Assembly (NCBI RefSeq): GCF_006345805.1
Contig: NC_042998.1
Span: 163,804,001-163,868,000 of the forward strand
DNA from: Octopus sinensis
Taxonomy: Eukaryota
DNA length: 64,000 nucleotides
Direction of reading: 5' to 3'
The notes beneath the pieces are model-generated. The model saw nothing but the letters and a program-made list of their open reading frames with translations, did no database searches and was not told the origin of the DNA. Below, piece by piece: positions 13,401 to 25,287 of the stretch. The stretch's first letter is position 1; every line of letters starts with the position of its first letter. A program made the position numbers and the translations under genes.

Positions 13401-16400
13401 TGTGTCTGTGTTGTCACCCCAACATTGCTTGACAACCAATGTTGGTGTGTTTACATCCCCATAACTTAGCGGTTCAGCAAAAGTGACCGATAGAATAAGC
13501 ACTAGGCTTACAAAGAATAAGTCCTGGGGTCAATTTGTTCAACTAAAGGTGGTGCTTCAGCATGAGCACAGTCAAATGACTGAAACAAGTAGAAGAGTAA
13601 AGAGTAATCAACTAACCTCCTCTAAATATTGCAGGCTTTGAGCCTAAAGTAGAAAGGTTTATTGGTTATCTTCACTAATATGACGTTCTTTTTTTTTTTC
13701 TTTTTTTCCAGAATGTTTTAGAAGCAAATTTAAAACAAGGAAATAGCGTTTTTGAACAACAAAAACTAAAGGTTTGGTAATTTTAATTTTGGTCCTCAGT
13801 ATCTTTTCCTTGCAGATCTTTGTTGAAAATATTATTATTTTTTAGCCCCAGGTTTTCAATTATGATCAAGCAGACCTATGATTAAAGGTAATCCAGTCAT
13901 AACCCTCCTGTCTATCTCAAGAGTATGTAGGGCTGCATTATTTAATGTGTTTTTGTCTTATTTTAGACCACATGTGCTTGTATGTGAATCAGTCTCTTAT
14001 AATGTATTAAAGGCATGTCTACCTAGCAAAGCTCATCTCTTTTCCAAACAGTTGGTTGTGGCCAAATACTGCAGATCTGATAAGTAAGTGAATTGAAATA
14101 GTTTGACAAAGAATTGAACCTGTGTCACAGATTTACTTTTCTGTTGGTTTACCCAACACTTTATACCACTTATAATAAAAGGGAAATTCTGTCTGGGACC
14201 CTTGTATCTCAGTCTACATTTGCTCTACATTGTCATATTATAATTTTTTTTTAGAATCAGGATGATCCTGGAATTGAAAATGTGCCCTTCATTTGGTTCT
14301 TTGAACATCCAGCATTGAGATTTTGATTTAAAAGCATTTGAGTTGCTATTTCTAGCAGGCAAACCTTGGCTGATTCCCACCATCTTCGTTGGTGTTTGTC
14401 AGATGATGCCAGAGATCAAAGGGGAGATAAATGACATTCGCCTCATTAATTTTATGTTGAGATAAGAACTTTGGGACTAATTGGCTAACAGATGGAATTC
14501 AACTTGAGACTGGAACAATAGAATGATTGCATTACAGAATTAATTCTCATCCATCCTTAACCTCTGATCAAATACCACCAGGACATATAGTCATTATAGA
14601 CATTTTATAGTCATGCTATTTAGCTCTCTTTAGTTTTGGGCTGTAGGCCCAGTTAGCCCTCCACAAGAACTAGCTTAAAATTCTGCACAGAGTGCAGCTT
14701 TTAAACTAGTCTATGATAGAGTGCTGAGCTTATGATTGTGAGGTTGTGAGTTTGAATCCCAGACCGGGCTGCATGTTGTGTTCTTGAGCAAGACACTTTA
14801 TTTCACATTGCTCCAGTTCACTCAGCTGTAGAAATGAGTTGCAACGTCACAGGTGCCAAGCTGTATCGGCCTTTGCCTTTCCCTTGGATAACACTGGTGG
14901 CATGGAGAGGGAAGGCCAGTATGCATGGGCGGCTGCTGGTCTTCCATAAACAATCTTGCCCAGACTTGTGCCTGGGAGGGTAACTCTCTAGGTGCAATCT
15001 CACGGTCAGTCATGACTGGAGGAGGTCTCAATGATAAAAGAAGATACGTCTTTGAAATAAATAGGAACAACTGGAATTGCTGTAATGTTTGTGTGAAACA
15101 TGGCAGAGTAAGTGGAAAAACTATTTGGAGCTAACGAGTTTAGTCTTCTTCTCCTTTTACTTGTTTCAGTCATTGGACTGCAGCCATGCTGGGACACCAC
15201 CTTGACAAGTTTAGTCAAACAAATCTATCCCACTACTTATTTTTTAAATGGAGTACCTGCTTTGTTGGTCTCATATGCTGAGCCATTAAGTAAATGTATA
15301 ATGTTTTTTTTTTTAAGGTGTATAGTATGATTTGAAAAATGATTATTGCTGTTCAATCAGTGTTGTTAATCATAATTCTGTTCAGTCTCTATTGTTAATC
15401 ATAATTCTGTTTATTCAGTGTTGTTAATCACTAATCTGTTCGATCACAATCTTTTATTGTTTTTCAACTAGAATGATTTTATGCATCAGAAACTGATAGA
15501 AATGACCAAAAAGAAAGAAGACTTTGAGAAGAAACACAAAAACCTGGTTCACATTTTAGAGAAAAAGGTAAAAATTCTGATTCTGTTGTCATTTTAGAAA
15601 TAAAATTTTGTCTCAGAATTTTATGTCTGTAATTATATAAATCTATAGTGATTGCAGTAATTGTATGATATTAGTTTCAAATTTTGGCACAATGCCAGCA
15701 ATTTCAGGAGAAGGAGTAAGTTAATTACATTGACCCCAGTGGTCAACTGGTTCTTATTTTATTAACCCTGAAAGGATCAAAGGCAAAGTCAACTTCAACA
15801 GAATTTGAACTCAGAGCATTAAGATTGACCAAATGCTGCTAAGCATTTTACCAAGCATGCTAAAGATTACATTGCCTTGTGTAATTGTATAATACTGGAA
15901 ACTTACAGAGAATGTTGCTTCAATATTCTCTGTTTCTGATATAATTTGCAGTATTTTGAGGTTTCAGCTACAGAATTTTTTTTCTCTTTTTTGATAGTTT
16001 TGTTAAGAGGAAGCTATTGCTTCCATAACATTCATAGATCTTCTGAGATTGGTGATATCAACACAGTAGGTCATTATTTTGTAAAATGTATATCTTGTAT
16101 AATGATCTTCACAATTTATCATTATCAAGTAAAAACATGGCTGACAAGGGAATTCTGAAGATGATGCTCTGAAAAAGTGATTAATATGGAGTATAGTCTA
16201 AGATGGTTTGGCCAATTAGAAGAGGAGAGACAAGTGTATGTCAGGTGGGTTTAGATGGAGTTGGTACCCAAATAACCAGCTAGATCTAAAGAACAAAGGC
16301 TATTGTAGTTGTTTGAAAAGGTTGAATGAGGTAATGGCACATCTGTGGGCTAGAGATTGAAGTGTATTGTGCCGGGAACAATATTTCATTGTAGGTTTCC

Positions 16401-19400
16401 TTTAAGCATATGACTGAAGAAAACTGGCAGGAAAAAGAGGAGAGGCACTGTCAGATGTTAAGTATTCTACGTAATATAGCACAGGATTATGCTTTATTTT
16501 AGATTCATCTGAACCCATGCCTGTATGAGAAAATGAATGCTAAAGCAATGTTGATGCTGATGAATAAATCAATGAATAGCTTTAAGTGTAATCCACAAAT
16601 CTATTATTCTGGAGATGCAAGATATCAGATGTTCAGCATGGGAATAGAAAATCAGTATTCAATTAATATTTCTGTAGTAATGCCATCTTCATTGTTAGAC
16701 ACACCGCCCTTAAAATTTACACCTTAAAATGAGAGCAGTTTTAATTTTTATTGACAGTAAGAAGTTTGTTGGAAAGTAATTTAGTGGCTATGTCAAGCAG
16801 ATGACAAAGAAATACATAAAGAAGCTAATATGCTGGCTCTATTTCAAAAATGTGTTGCTATTTTATCTCAGGTCAAGTATAATGCAGTAGACTTATGATA
16901 AAGATATTCTAGTCACAACCACTCCATTTAAAAATTTTTTTCTGATGCAATGTATTGAATTCTTCATTAGCCAATGAGTTCTTCCTTTTTTAAAACTTTT
17001 AGCATTTAAATTGGCCATACCTGGCCCAGAATAATCTATCTGTTTTATGTTCAAATTGATCATATCTATCCTCTAACATCTACCCTACAATTTAATTTTT
17101 AAAATAAACAATCACATCATTGAAATCTCAGTGCTACAACATAACACATGATTAGTTCAAATTAAAAGAGTGGCTGTGGGGTAAGTAGCTTGCTTACCAA
17201 CCACATGGTTCCAGGTTCAGTCCCACTGCACGGCACCTTGGGAAAGTGTCTTCTACTATAGCCTCAGGGTAACCAAAGCCTTGTGAGTGGATTTGGTAGA
17301 CAGAAACTGAAAGAAGCCCGTCGTATATATGTATATATATGTGTTTGTGTGTCTGTGTTTGTCCCCCCAACATCGCTTGACAACCGATGCTGGCATGTTT
17401 ATGTCCCCGTAACTTATGACAGTAGAGTTGCTCAAGGTACCATGCAGTGGAACTGAACCCCGGACCATGTGGTTGGGAAGCAAACTTCTTACTGCACTGC
17501 CATACCTACACCTATGTGGAATTATTTTTTTTCCTTGCCAGTAAATCAAAAAGCCTCATTTTGAAGGCAATTGAGGGTAGTTTTTGTCTGTATGTTATGC
17601 CAAAATGTCTTGTTTTCTCATCCTTTATAAACTTGAAGTAGCATATTACATAAGTGATAGACTTAATCATTGTTTGATGTGACATCTCCACCTGACCTGT
17701 GGATACTTTTAGTAAAATCCATCCTTTTGGAAGCATTCAGGCTAGGTTCTTGATCTGGAAATAACTTATATCCATTTTCCCACCAATCTTCAAAGCTCTG
17801 AAAAAGAGCCATATGTGTTCTTCTTCCTCCTATGATTAAAACATGTACAAAAAAAATGAAAAATAATATTGCATTTGATTTTAATTACATTGTGAAACAG
17901 AATCGGCAGTATGAATACACTTTACAGCAGCACGAGAAGATGCAAGCTGCTGTAAGTGAATTGGAAAAATCCGCCCAGAAACATATTGTAGAGATAGCAG
18001 CCCAGAGTGAAGCAGCAATTACCAACACACAGAACAAACTAATCGCAGCCCACTCAAAGATCGAATGGTTCCACAAGTTTGTCAAGGTAGGAAATATATT
18101 AATGATAGCAGATGTAATATAGTAAGTGATATTTTTTGTTGATGGCAACATCATTTTGGATATACATCTAGCCAAGACACAGCTGATGCCTGTTTGCCAT
18201 CAGCAGAGAAATTCATATGTTGGGAAAACTTACATATTGTCTGTTTCAATGATGAAAATTCAGTTATTCAATCAACTGAACCACCTATACATTGGAGTAG
18301 TGTAGTGTGTGAGGGACTGAGTATTCCATGTGCTTATGTACTCTTAATGTAGAATCAGTATAACACAATGTACAACAAAGTCAGTGCTTTGAATTATAGA
18401 CATACTCCATACAGTAGTCTTACAATTTCCATCTTCCCAGTTTCTTCCCAAGACTTGAGTCAACCTGAAACTATGATCAAATATATTTGCTCTAGATAGC
18501 TTGCAGTAATATTGAACCCTGGACCCCATTGTTATGAAGTAAATTTCTTAATTTACTTGGCCATGTTTCATCCACTATATTAGTTTGTTAGTCTGAACAA
18601 GTCAATCACTCTCCAAATATTGTTGACTGGAGGGTTCAAAGTCTCTATTAATGCAGTCACATGACCTAAACAGATCACTGAATTGAATATATGTTGAATA
18701 TGTGACTTCAAAGATCAAGGTTCAAACTCATCCCTCCATCCATCCTCTCAAATCACTATTCTATGGGGTCCTGTCACAAGCAACTGTCATTACACTTTTC
18801 AGTTGAATTCCTAAACAGGATCGATTAAAACTATGGATGTTATCCAACCATTTCATTTTTGATCTACCCCTAAGTCTCCTGCCAGTTAGCTCAGCTTGAA
18901 GAATCTGTCTTGTCACTACAATTGTTTCCACATGTCATTATACCCACAGTCCATTGGTGAAATTATATAATTAACATAGTGTGTAATCACTATCGTCCAT
19001 CAAAGGTGCAAAATGTGTTTTCCTGGTAACCAATAACTGTGGATGAGCTTAGTATAGCATACTACAAAGTGGTTTTTACCTAAATTTTATCCAACTATCA
19101 TCATCATCATCGTTTAACATCTGTCTTCCATGCAGGCATGGGTTGGACGGTTTGACAGGAGCTGGCCAGAAGACTACACCAGGCTGCTGTCTGTTTTGGC
19201 TGGTTTTTACAGCTGGATGCCCTTCGTAACACCAACCACTCCACAGAGTGGACTGAGTGCTTTTTATGTGGCACCAGCACAGGCAAGGTCAGTTTTGGCA
19301 TGGTTTTTACAGCTGGATGCCCTTCCAAATGTCAACCACTTTACAGTGTGGACGGGATGCTTTTTATGTGGCACCAGCACTAGCAGGGTCGCCAAGTAAC

Positions 19401-22400
19401 TTGCAAGACAAGGAATTTTTTAGAAGAGAAGGGGGCATTGGAAGAGGTGATCTTGCATCAGATGTTGAAAGGTGACAGAGAAGCAGAAACAGGTGTCTTG
19501 CTATAGGAGAGGTATATAGCTAGGGACTGCTGAACTCTACACATTTTTTTCATTCTCTCTCTGTTTATTTCCTTTTATTCCTTTCTGTTGAAGAGTGTAG
19601 GCTCAAAACATAAAAGACTTGTTCATTTTTCCCAAGTGTCAAATTAATACATTTGGTTGTTGTTCATACACCTGTCTTCATCTTTTGTTTTTCTATAAAT
19701 CTCAACTACATATATGTGTGTATGTACATGCACATATGTATATATAATGTCTTTTGTTTGTTTCCTTTTGTGTGTGATGGTGGAATTTTAATACAGATAT
19801 TGAGCCATGAACTTGTACATCGTATTTACCAAGTGCGAGAAACATTAAACAAGTCACAGATGGGCAAAATACAGCAACAGTTACCTTCACACACAAGCAT
19901 GCAGGAGGCTAAGAATCTAGCCAAGAATATTTTGAACATAAGTGATTTAGAATTGAATGATATTATGAAAGGAGATAATTTAACTGCCAAATTGGTAAGT
20001 CATTTTTTCCCTTATTATGTTGTCTGCTTTTCATTCATTGCACTTTTTCCTATTAAAATAAATTTCCTGTGACTTTTAATTGTTTGAAAATAATTAAGAA
20101 TTTTGTAATACTCTTTACTCTTTTTTACTCTTTTTACTTGTTTCAGTCATTTTAGTGTGGCCATGCTGGAGCACCACCTTTAGTTGAGAAAATCAACCTC
20201 AGGACTTATTCTTCATAATCCTAGTACTTATTCTATCAGTCTCTTTTGTTGAACTGCTAAGTTACAGGGACGTAAACACACCAGCATCGGTTGTCAAGCG
20301 ATGTTGGCGGGGGACGAACACAAACACACACCCTCATATATATATGACAGGCTACCAAATCCACTCACAAGGCTTTGGTCGTCCCAAGGTCGTCCCAAGA
20401 CACTTGCCCAAGGTACCACGCACTGGGACTGAACCCGGAACCATGTGGTTGGTAAGCAAGCTACTTACCACACAGCCACTCCTGCGCCTATATATTTTTC
20501 TAAAATAATTAATTTTGTCATTATTAAACTGTTGTTAGCAACATAAATTAACAAAAGACTCTGCCATATGATTTTGACACCTAAAGCTATAAGACAATCG
20601 TTTACTCCTTTGTCATCTCATTTTCTTATATGTGTGTGTGTGTATCTATGTGCCTGTGTGTGTTTGTCCCCCACCACTGTTTAACAACCAGTGTTGCTAT
20701 GTTTACATCCTTGTAACTTAGTGGTTTAGTGAAAGTGACTGGTAGAATAAGCACCAGGCTTAAAACAAAATAAAAAACAAGTATAGGGGTTGATCCATTC
20801 AACTAAAACTTCTTTAACGTAGTGCCCCAGCATGGCCGCAGTCTAGTAACTAAAACATATAAAGGATAAAATATAAGCAAAAGCTTATCGGTGCTGCAGA
20901 GTTCCAGTCCATTTCATGGTGAGAAACCTCCATAAAGTTATCAATCTTACATTCACTGGAAGATTGAAAAAAGGGGGAAAAGGGCAAGATATAGAGAAAA
21001 TAAACCTGAGAGACGTTTATGAATTTGTGTTGCAAGGTGCCTGAGTTGAAACTGTGTGTTGAAGCAGATATTGTTATATTTCAAAGGCGGCGAGCTGGCA
21101 GAAATGTTAGCATGCCGGATGAAATGCTTAGCAGTATTTCATGTCGTTACATTCTGAATTCAAATTCCGCCGAGGGCGACTTTGCCTTTCATCCTTTCGT
21201 GGTCGATAAATTAAGTACCAGTTGCATACTGGGTCGATCTAATCAACTAGCCCCCTCCCCAAAAATTTCAGGCCTTGTGCCTAGAGAAAAGATATTATAT
21301 TCCAGGATGGTCTTCTTTTATTTTTTCCAAATAAACACATACACCATATATTCGTCCTTCACTCGTTTATTATGGACTAAACAGAGCAGGAGGATACACA
21401 TGGATGGAAAGGGTCATTGAAGAGGTCAAAGATGTGTGGTGAAATATTTCCAGACAATGGACGAGATAAAACAAGAACAGTAATGAAAAACAAATGACCA
21501 TTCCGAAATACAACCTGAGGGATTTAGTCACCGGCTAGAGAATACACAAGCCAATAGTTTGCCAAGTTGAGAATAGGACAGGAGAGGTGAACATCCATGA
21601 CTGTTAATGCCAGTAGGTATGGCACAAGGAAAAAAGAAAAGTTGAGAGAGAAGGAACATGTACATGCCTCTTTTCTGACCATTTTGGAAACATTGATTTT
21701 CTTTTTTATAAGAACTCCTCCTACAAATTCATAGGATGTTTCTTTCATAAATGATTTCTGATTTAAGCCCAAGTCCATTTTGAAGGGAAGGGAATTAGTT
21801 GCCTAATCAATCTCAGTACTTTAGTGACATTTCATTTTATCGACCTCAGAGAGATGAAAGGCAAAGCTAACCACAGCAGAATTTGGACTCGAAATGTAAA
21901 GATCTTGAGCAAATACTACAAAACTTTTTTCCCCACTACACTTTAAAACCAAGGTGCCACATAAAAAGCGTTGGTACTGGTGCCATGTAAAAAGTATTGG
22001 TGCTGGTGCCTTCTAAAACACATCCAGTACACTATGTAAATTGGTTGGCATTAGGAAAAAGCATTCTATGGAACCTGGTGTGGACCCTGTGTGTTTTACG
22101 TGGCACCATTACCAGTACTTTTCACAAGGCACCAGCACCAATGCTTTATACATGGCACCATCACCAGTGTCATATTGTCCATCCCATGCCAGCATGGAAA
22201 ATGGACTTTAAATGACAGTGATGATGACAACTGTTTTAAATGATGATGCTAACCGTTTTACCAATCCTCCACCCTCTGTTAAAGATGAAGCTAATTGTCT
22301 GCTAAATTATAATTTTATTAGCAACATATATCTGACATTTGAAATCCTTAATACATTTCAAAAGATTGTTGCAAAACAAAATTTTACTGTGACAATTCCA

Positions 22401-22600
22401 AAGATTTCTTATTTCATTTTGATTTGTTTCAGCAAAATGTAACTGATAGTCAATATGCCAAGGACCAAAGATGGGCGTCACTGTGTGAAGAAACCATCAA
22501 GTCACGTGATGATTTTGTTATTCCTCTATTGGATCTTTTCATTAAGAAGTTAGAAGAAAAAGATAGTTTATTATATAGCTTATATTCAACAAAATATTAA
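3298..22600 (+). CDS. CNTLN: Centlein-like centrosomal coiled-coil protein, 3' part of gene (7 exons: 3298-3395, 6344-6452, 13712-13771, 15472-15567, 17901-18086, 19797-19994, 22433-22600); 5' exons lie upstream of the window
   Basis: All exons are AG/GT bounded with compatible phases (2,0,0,0,0,0) and give an open coiled-coil frame. AHSKIEWFHKFVK-ILSHEL...EAKNLAKNILNISDLELNDIM...KDQRW resembles my recollection of the vertebrate centlein C-terminus (EFTTFVKALAKEL...AQTLAASILNISRSDLEEIL...NDKEW). Confidence 0.8.
4445..4838 (-). mobile_element. SINE family A
   Basis: Reverse complement of the family consensus. Confidence 0.85.
4920..5570 (+). mobile_element. Cluster of three SINE family B copies (gagttcaaattc..gaggtcgactttgcctttcatcctt)
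   Basis: Repeated motif; other copies at 15675-15875(-), 21085-21290(+), 25475-25675(-), 42185-42325(-), 43475-43697(-), 55905-56110(-), 58258-58475(+). Confidence 0.75.
6344..6452 (+). CDS. CNTLN: Centlein-like exon (R)MNWLERDISQKRHLIEEQRAKMKEMQDNAKSITDTI
   Basis: ggcag|C ATG ... ATT|gtaag; completes the CG-C codon of the previous exon. Confidence 0.85.
6600..7120. repeat. Compound (CA/TA)n and (CT)n microsatellite
   Basis: Direct inspection. Confidence 0.85.
9200..9780 (+). mobile_element. Decayed RTE-like LINE reverse transcriptase C-terminal fragment
   Basis: Fragmentary FCYL.DLIS..G, RIGWRKFRKL, KARLYDACVQTAMLH.SE.WAL motifs with stops. Confidence 0.7.
11315..11704 (+). repeat. Tandem duplication, 2 x 195 bp
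   Basis: 11315-11509 repeated at 11510-11704, apparently identical. Confidence 0.9.
11756..11960. mobile_element. About 210-bp MITE with TTAA-C(C/T)CTTTAGCATT termini (piggyBac-like); copies near 7980-8190, 12120-12338, 16995-17160, 44938-45163
   Basis: Terminal inverted repeats and shared internal sequence. Confidence 0.65.
13187..13606 (+). mobile_element. SINE family A, inserted into a family B SINE
   Basis: Full-length match. Confidence 0.85.
13712..13771 (+). CDS. CNTLN: Centlein-like exon NVLEANLKQGNSVFEQQKLK
   Basis: long polypyrimidine tract, ccag|AAT ... AAG|gtttgg, 60 nt phase 0. Confidence 0.75.
14720..15030 (+). mobile_element. tRNA-derived SINE family D (tgtgttcttgagcaagacacttta central domain)
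   Basis: Near-identical copies at 32177-32502 and 39245-39500. Confidence 0.8.
15472..15567 (+). CDS. CNTLN: Centlein-like exon NDFMHQKLIEMTKKKEDFEKKHKNLVHILEKK
   Basis: caactag|AAT ... AAG|gtaaaa, 96 nt phase 0. Confidence 0.8.
17901..18086 (+). CDS. CNTLN: Centlein-like exon NRQYEY...AAHSKIEWFHKFVK
   Basis: aaacag|AAT ... AAG|gtagga, 186 nt; inside ORF 17832-18122. Confidence 0.85.
19523..19710 (+). mobile_element. Short PLE-like 3' end family with CTGTTGA-A-GAGC-GTAG-GCTC-GAAAC hammerhead-like motif
   Basis: Shared with 29443-29640 (+), 32035-32170 (+) and 40295-40415 (-); copies tend to end in TA-rich tracts. Confidence 0.65.
19797..19994 (+). CDS. CNTLN: Centlein-like exon ILSHELVHRIYQVRE...NISDLELNDIMKGDNLTAKL
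   Basis: atacag|ATA ... TTG|gtaagt, 198 nt; inside ORF 19653-20072. Confidence 0.85.
20110..20490 (-). mobile_element. SINE family A
   Basis: Full-length, internally deleted. Confidence 0.8.
21085..21290 (+). mobile_element. SINE family B, young copy
   Basis: aaggcggcgagctggcagaa... with CpGs retained. Confidence 0.8.
22433..22600 (+). CDS. CNTLN: Centlein-like terminal exon QNVTDSQYAKDQRWASLCEE...LYSTKY*
   Basis: tttcag|CAA, open 56 codons to TAA; AATAAA at 22669-22674. Confidence 0.8.
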   Translation, partial: QNVTDSQYAKDQRWASLCEETIKSRDDFVIPLLDLFIKKLEEKDSLLYSLYSTKY

Positions 22601-22892
22601 AATACAGACAATTTTATTTTTTAAATATATTTATTTATATATAAATGATTATCAATTCTTTTTTGATCAATAAATTCATGATTTTTTTTTCTTTGATATA
22701 AAAATATAATTTCATAAATGCTTTGAGTAATGTTCTATTTTCAATAATTTCTAGAGCAGTTTTGTCTAGTTTACATATATGTATCAGTATAAATGTGCAT
22801 GATGTATTCTTTACAATTACTGGACTCTTATGAATTGATAAATTAATATCTAAAATCTTCAGCAAATATTGATTTATGAAAAAGTGCTGAGT

Positions 22893-23925
22893 AGGTCCAA
22901 AGGTGTGTCAGAGGTTGAAATTCATCGCAGACTTTCAGTATAATACAGGAACAGCACTCCACCATGTAGAAGTGTGTATGAGTGGATCGAGAAGTTTAAA
23001 ACTAACCGGAAAACGTGAAGCACAAAGAGGGAGCAGGATGCCCCTCAACCTTCACCACTTATGTGAAGATTCAACAAGATCAAGCGATGGTTGGTTCTGG
23101 TGAACTAATGAGCAACCAACAAAGAGAGGGTATGTTCTCTGCAAATTAGTCATGGTTCTGCATATGAAATCATCCGCAAAAAGTTTTGCTTCCATAAAGT
23201 CTGTATGAGATGGGTGCCAAGAGAGCTTACAGAAGTGCATAAGCACAGTTGTGTGGAGATCTGTTACTGCTTACTCAGCTGCTACAGTGATGAAAGCAAA
23301 GCTTTTTTGGAGAGAACAGTCATAGGAGATAAGGCATGGGTCCAATAGGTAGAATTTGGAAAGGAAAACTCAGAATTGGCAGCAAAAAAGAAATTCAAGT
23401 AAAGTGTACCACATTTTGGGGGAACACAAGAGAGCCTATATTGAAACATTAACTGGATAAGGGGTTTAGCCACCAATGTAGGCTACAGTGAAATGCTGGC
23501 CAACAAACTGAAACCAGCAATTTGCACCAAACACCAAGGTCTATTGTCAAAGCAAGTGTTATTGTTGCACAACAACGCATGCCCAAATATGGCCACCCAC
23601 ACTATTGAAACCATTGAGTTTCAAGTTCCTGGAATGCTCTGCATAGTCCAGATCTCATCCCTTCTGACTATCATCTCTTTGGACCACTCAAACATTCTTT
23701 ATGAGGTTATCTGCTACAGATAAAGAGGTGCAGGTAGTAGTACATAAATGGTTGTGCAACCTTCAGAAAAACTTTCTCTGATGAAATGAGTAAACTTGTA
23801 GACTGCTGGCAGAGCATTGAAAAGCAAAGGAACTATGTTGAAAAATGATGTAAATGTTCAACCCCAGCTTTTGTTTAAACAAATTACAGAACAAGAGTCT
23901 ATGTAACTTTTGACTTATCCTTGTA
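22893..23925 (+). mobile_element. Mariner transposase pseudogene, 5'-truncated, 3' TIR present
   Basis: SKGVS.VEIHRRL, RWVPREL, VIGDKAWV, LLHNNACP, SPDLIPSDYHLF motifs; terminal actttt gacttatccttg-TA. Confidence 0.85.
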
Positions 23926-24120
23926 CATTTTGAAATGATGGTGAATGAAAAATTAGCACATTAATAATGAAATTAGAGAGCTTATTTGTTAGAAATGATC
24001 TCTGTTTTTCACACATTAATCATTTATTCATAGGGCTTGCATATAATATCTTCACTATTTTGTATGATTTTTTTTTCTTTAAAATTTAAAAATAGTGGTT
24101 ACTGTAAATAAGAAATTTTC

Positions 24121-24366
24121 GTGATTTTTTTTTCTTTGATATAAAAATATATAAATATATAATTTCATAAATGTTTTGAGTAATGTCCTCTTTTCAATAA
24201 TTTCTAGAGCAGTTTTGTCTAGTTTACATATATGTATCAGTATGAATGTGCATGAGATATTCTTTACAATTACTGGACTCTTATGAATTGATAAATTAAT
24301 ATCTAAAATCTTCAGCAAATATTGATTGATGAAAAAGTGCTAAGTAGGTCCAAAGGTGTGTCAGAG
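24121..24366 (+). repeat. Dispersed copy of 22678-22913 flanked by 17-bp direct repeats
   Basis: GTAAATAAGAAATTTTC at 24104-24120 and 24367-24383. Confidence 0.85.
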
Positions 24367-24684
24367 GTAAATAAGAAATTTTCATAAGTGGCATACATAT
24401 TCAGAAGAGAGATTTCTATGCATTTAGTAGAGAAGCATTCATTAATCAGTTATTGGTTAATAACTATTTGGCACTTGTCAAATAAAACTACCATATACCA
24501 TCTCAACATTTACATGATATGATCAAGGATCTTCTTTGACCTATGTCTAATTCATCCACCATCACCCTTATTTAATGAAACTGCTAAGTAGGTAACACAC
24601 GGGTCAATTTCTTCGACTGAAACCCTTTAAAGTGGTGCTCCAGCATGGCCACAGTCAAATGAGTAAAACAAATAGAATACATGA

Positions 24685-25287
24685 TTAAAATCCTTCTTGG
24701 TATTTTTGTTTCCGTATTGTTTTTACTGGTTGACTCATAGATGTTAATAAGGATGAATTGATGCTGTGAAATGGATTAAGTTGTTGTGAAAATAATGACT
24801 GTCTTTCAATTGATGGAGATCTTCTAAATGGATCAGCAGATTGACGCATTTTTGAATGAGTTGGTGACCCACCAAAACCATCTTCAAACTGATTCGTACT
24901 TGAAAAAGTTGGTGACTTTGACATGCTGTCAGTCTTAGTAAACAGTGATTTTCTTTTTGAGAAATCCTTAGAATGGATTGTTTGTGATAGAGGTGGTGAT
25001 AAGCTACTGGAATCAAACGTTTGTGATCGAAGAGATGTGGTCGGCTGAGAATGAGATAACTTAGTAAAGTCAGTTTTGTGAGGAGTTTTATGTCTGTCTG
25101 ATTCTTGTAAATATGTTGGTAAAGACAGAAAAATTTCTTTAACAGAAGTTGAGACTGTTTGTTGGCTTGAAGACTGAAAATGTGTTGGTGATGAAAGTTG
25201 AGACTCTCGTTCACCAAATTCTTTGTCGACCTGAGCAGTTGCAGATGGATAATTTCCATTAGAACTTTCAGCATCAGACCACCGTAC
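24685..25287 (-). CDS. TAF1C: TAF1C terminal exon, Ser-rich disordered tail ending RKQKYQEGF*
   Basis: tttcag|GTA; 201 codons to TAA; K/R-rich GF end as in TAF1C. Confidence 0.88.
   Translation of the reverse strand, partial: VRWSDAESSNGNYPSATAQVDKEFGERESQLSSPTHFQSSSQQTVSTSVKEIFLSLPTYLQESDRHKTPHKTDFTKLSHSQPTTSLRSQTFDSSSLSPPLSQTIHSKDFSKRKSLFTKTDSMSKSPTFSSTNQFEDGFGGSPTHSKMRQSADPFRRSPSIERQSLFSQQLNPFHSINSSLLTSMSQPVKTIRKQKYQEGF

Noticed and set aside
3298-17903. Four centlein-like exons all begin with AAT
   Set aside because: Plausible by chance in AT-rich DNA; no further sequence similarity among the exons
22635-24318. Twin ORFs MLKILDINLSIHK... suggesting a duplicated small gene
   Set aside because: Start at TTG in an AT-rich duplicated segment; explained by the templated insertion
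24744-25274. 176-aa alternative-frame ORF overlapping the TAF1C last exon
   Set aside because: Shadow frame of a Ser-rich exon; no recognisable motif or splice support
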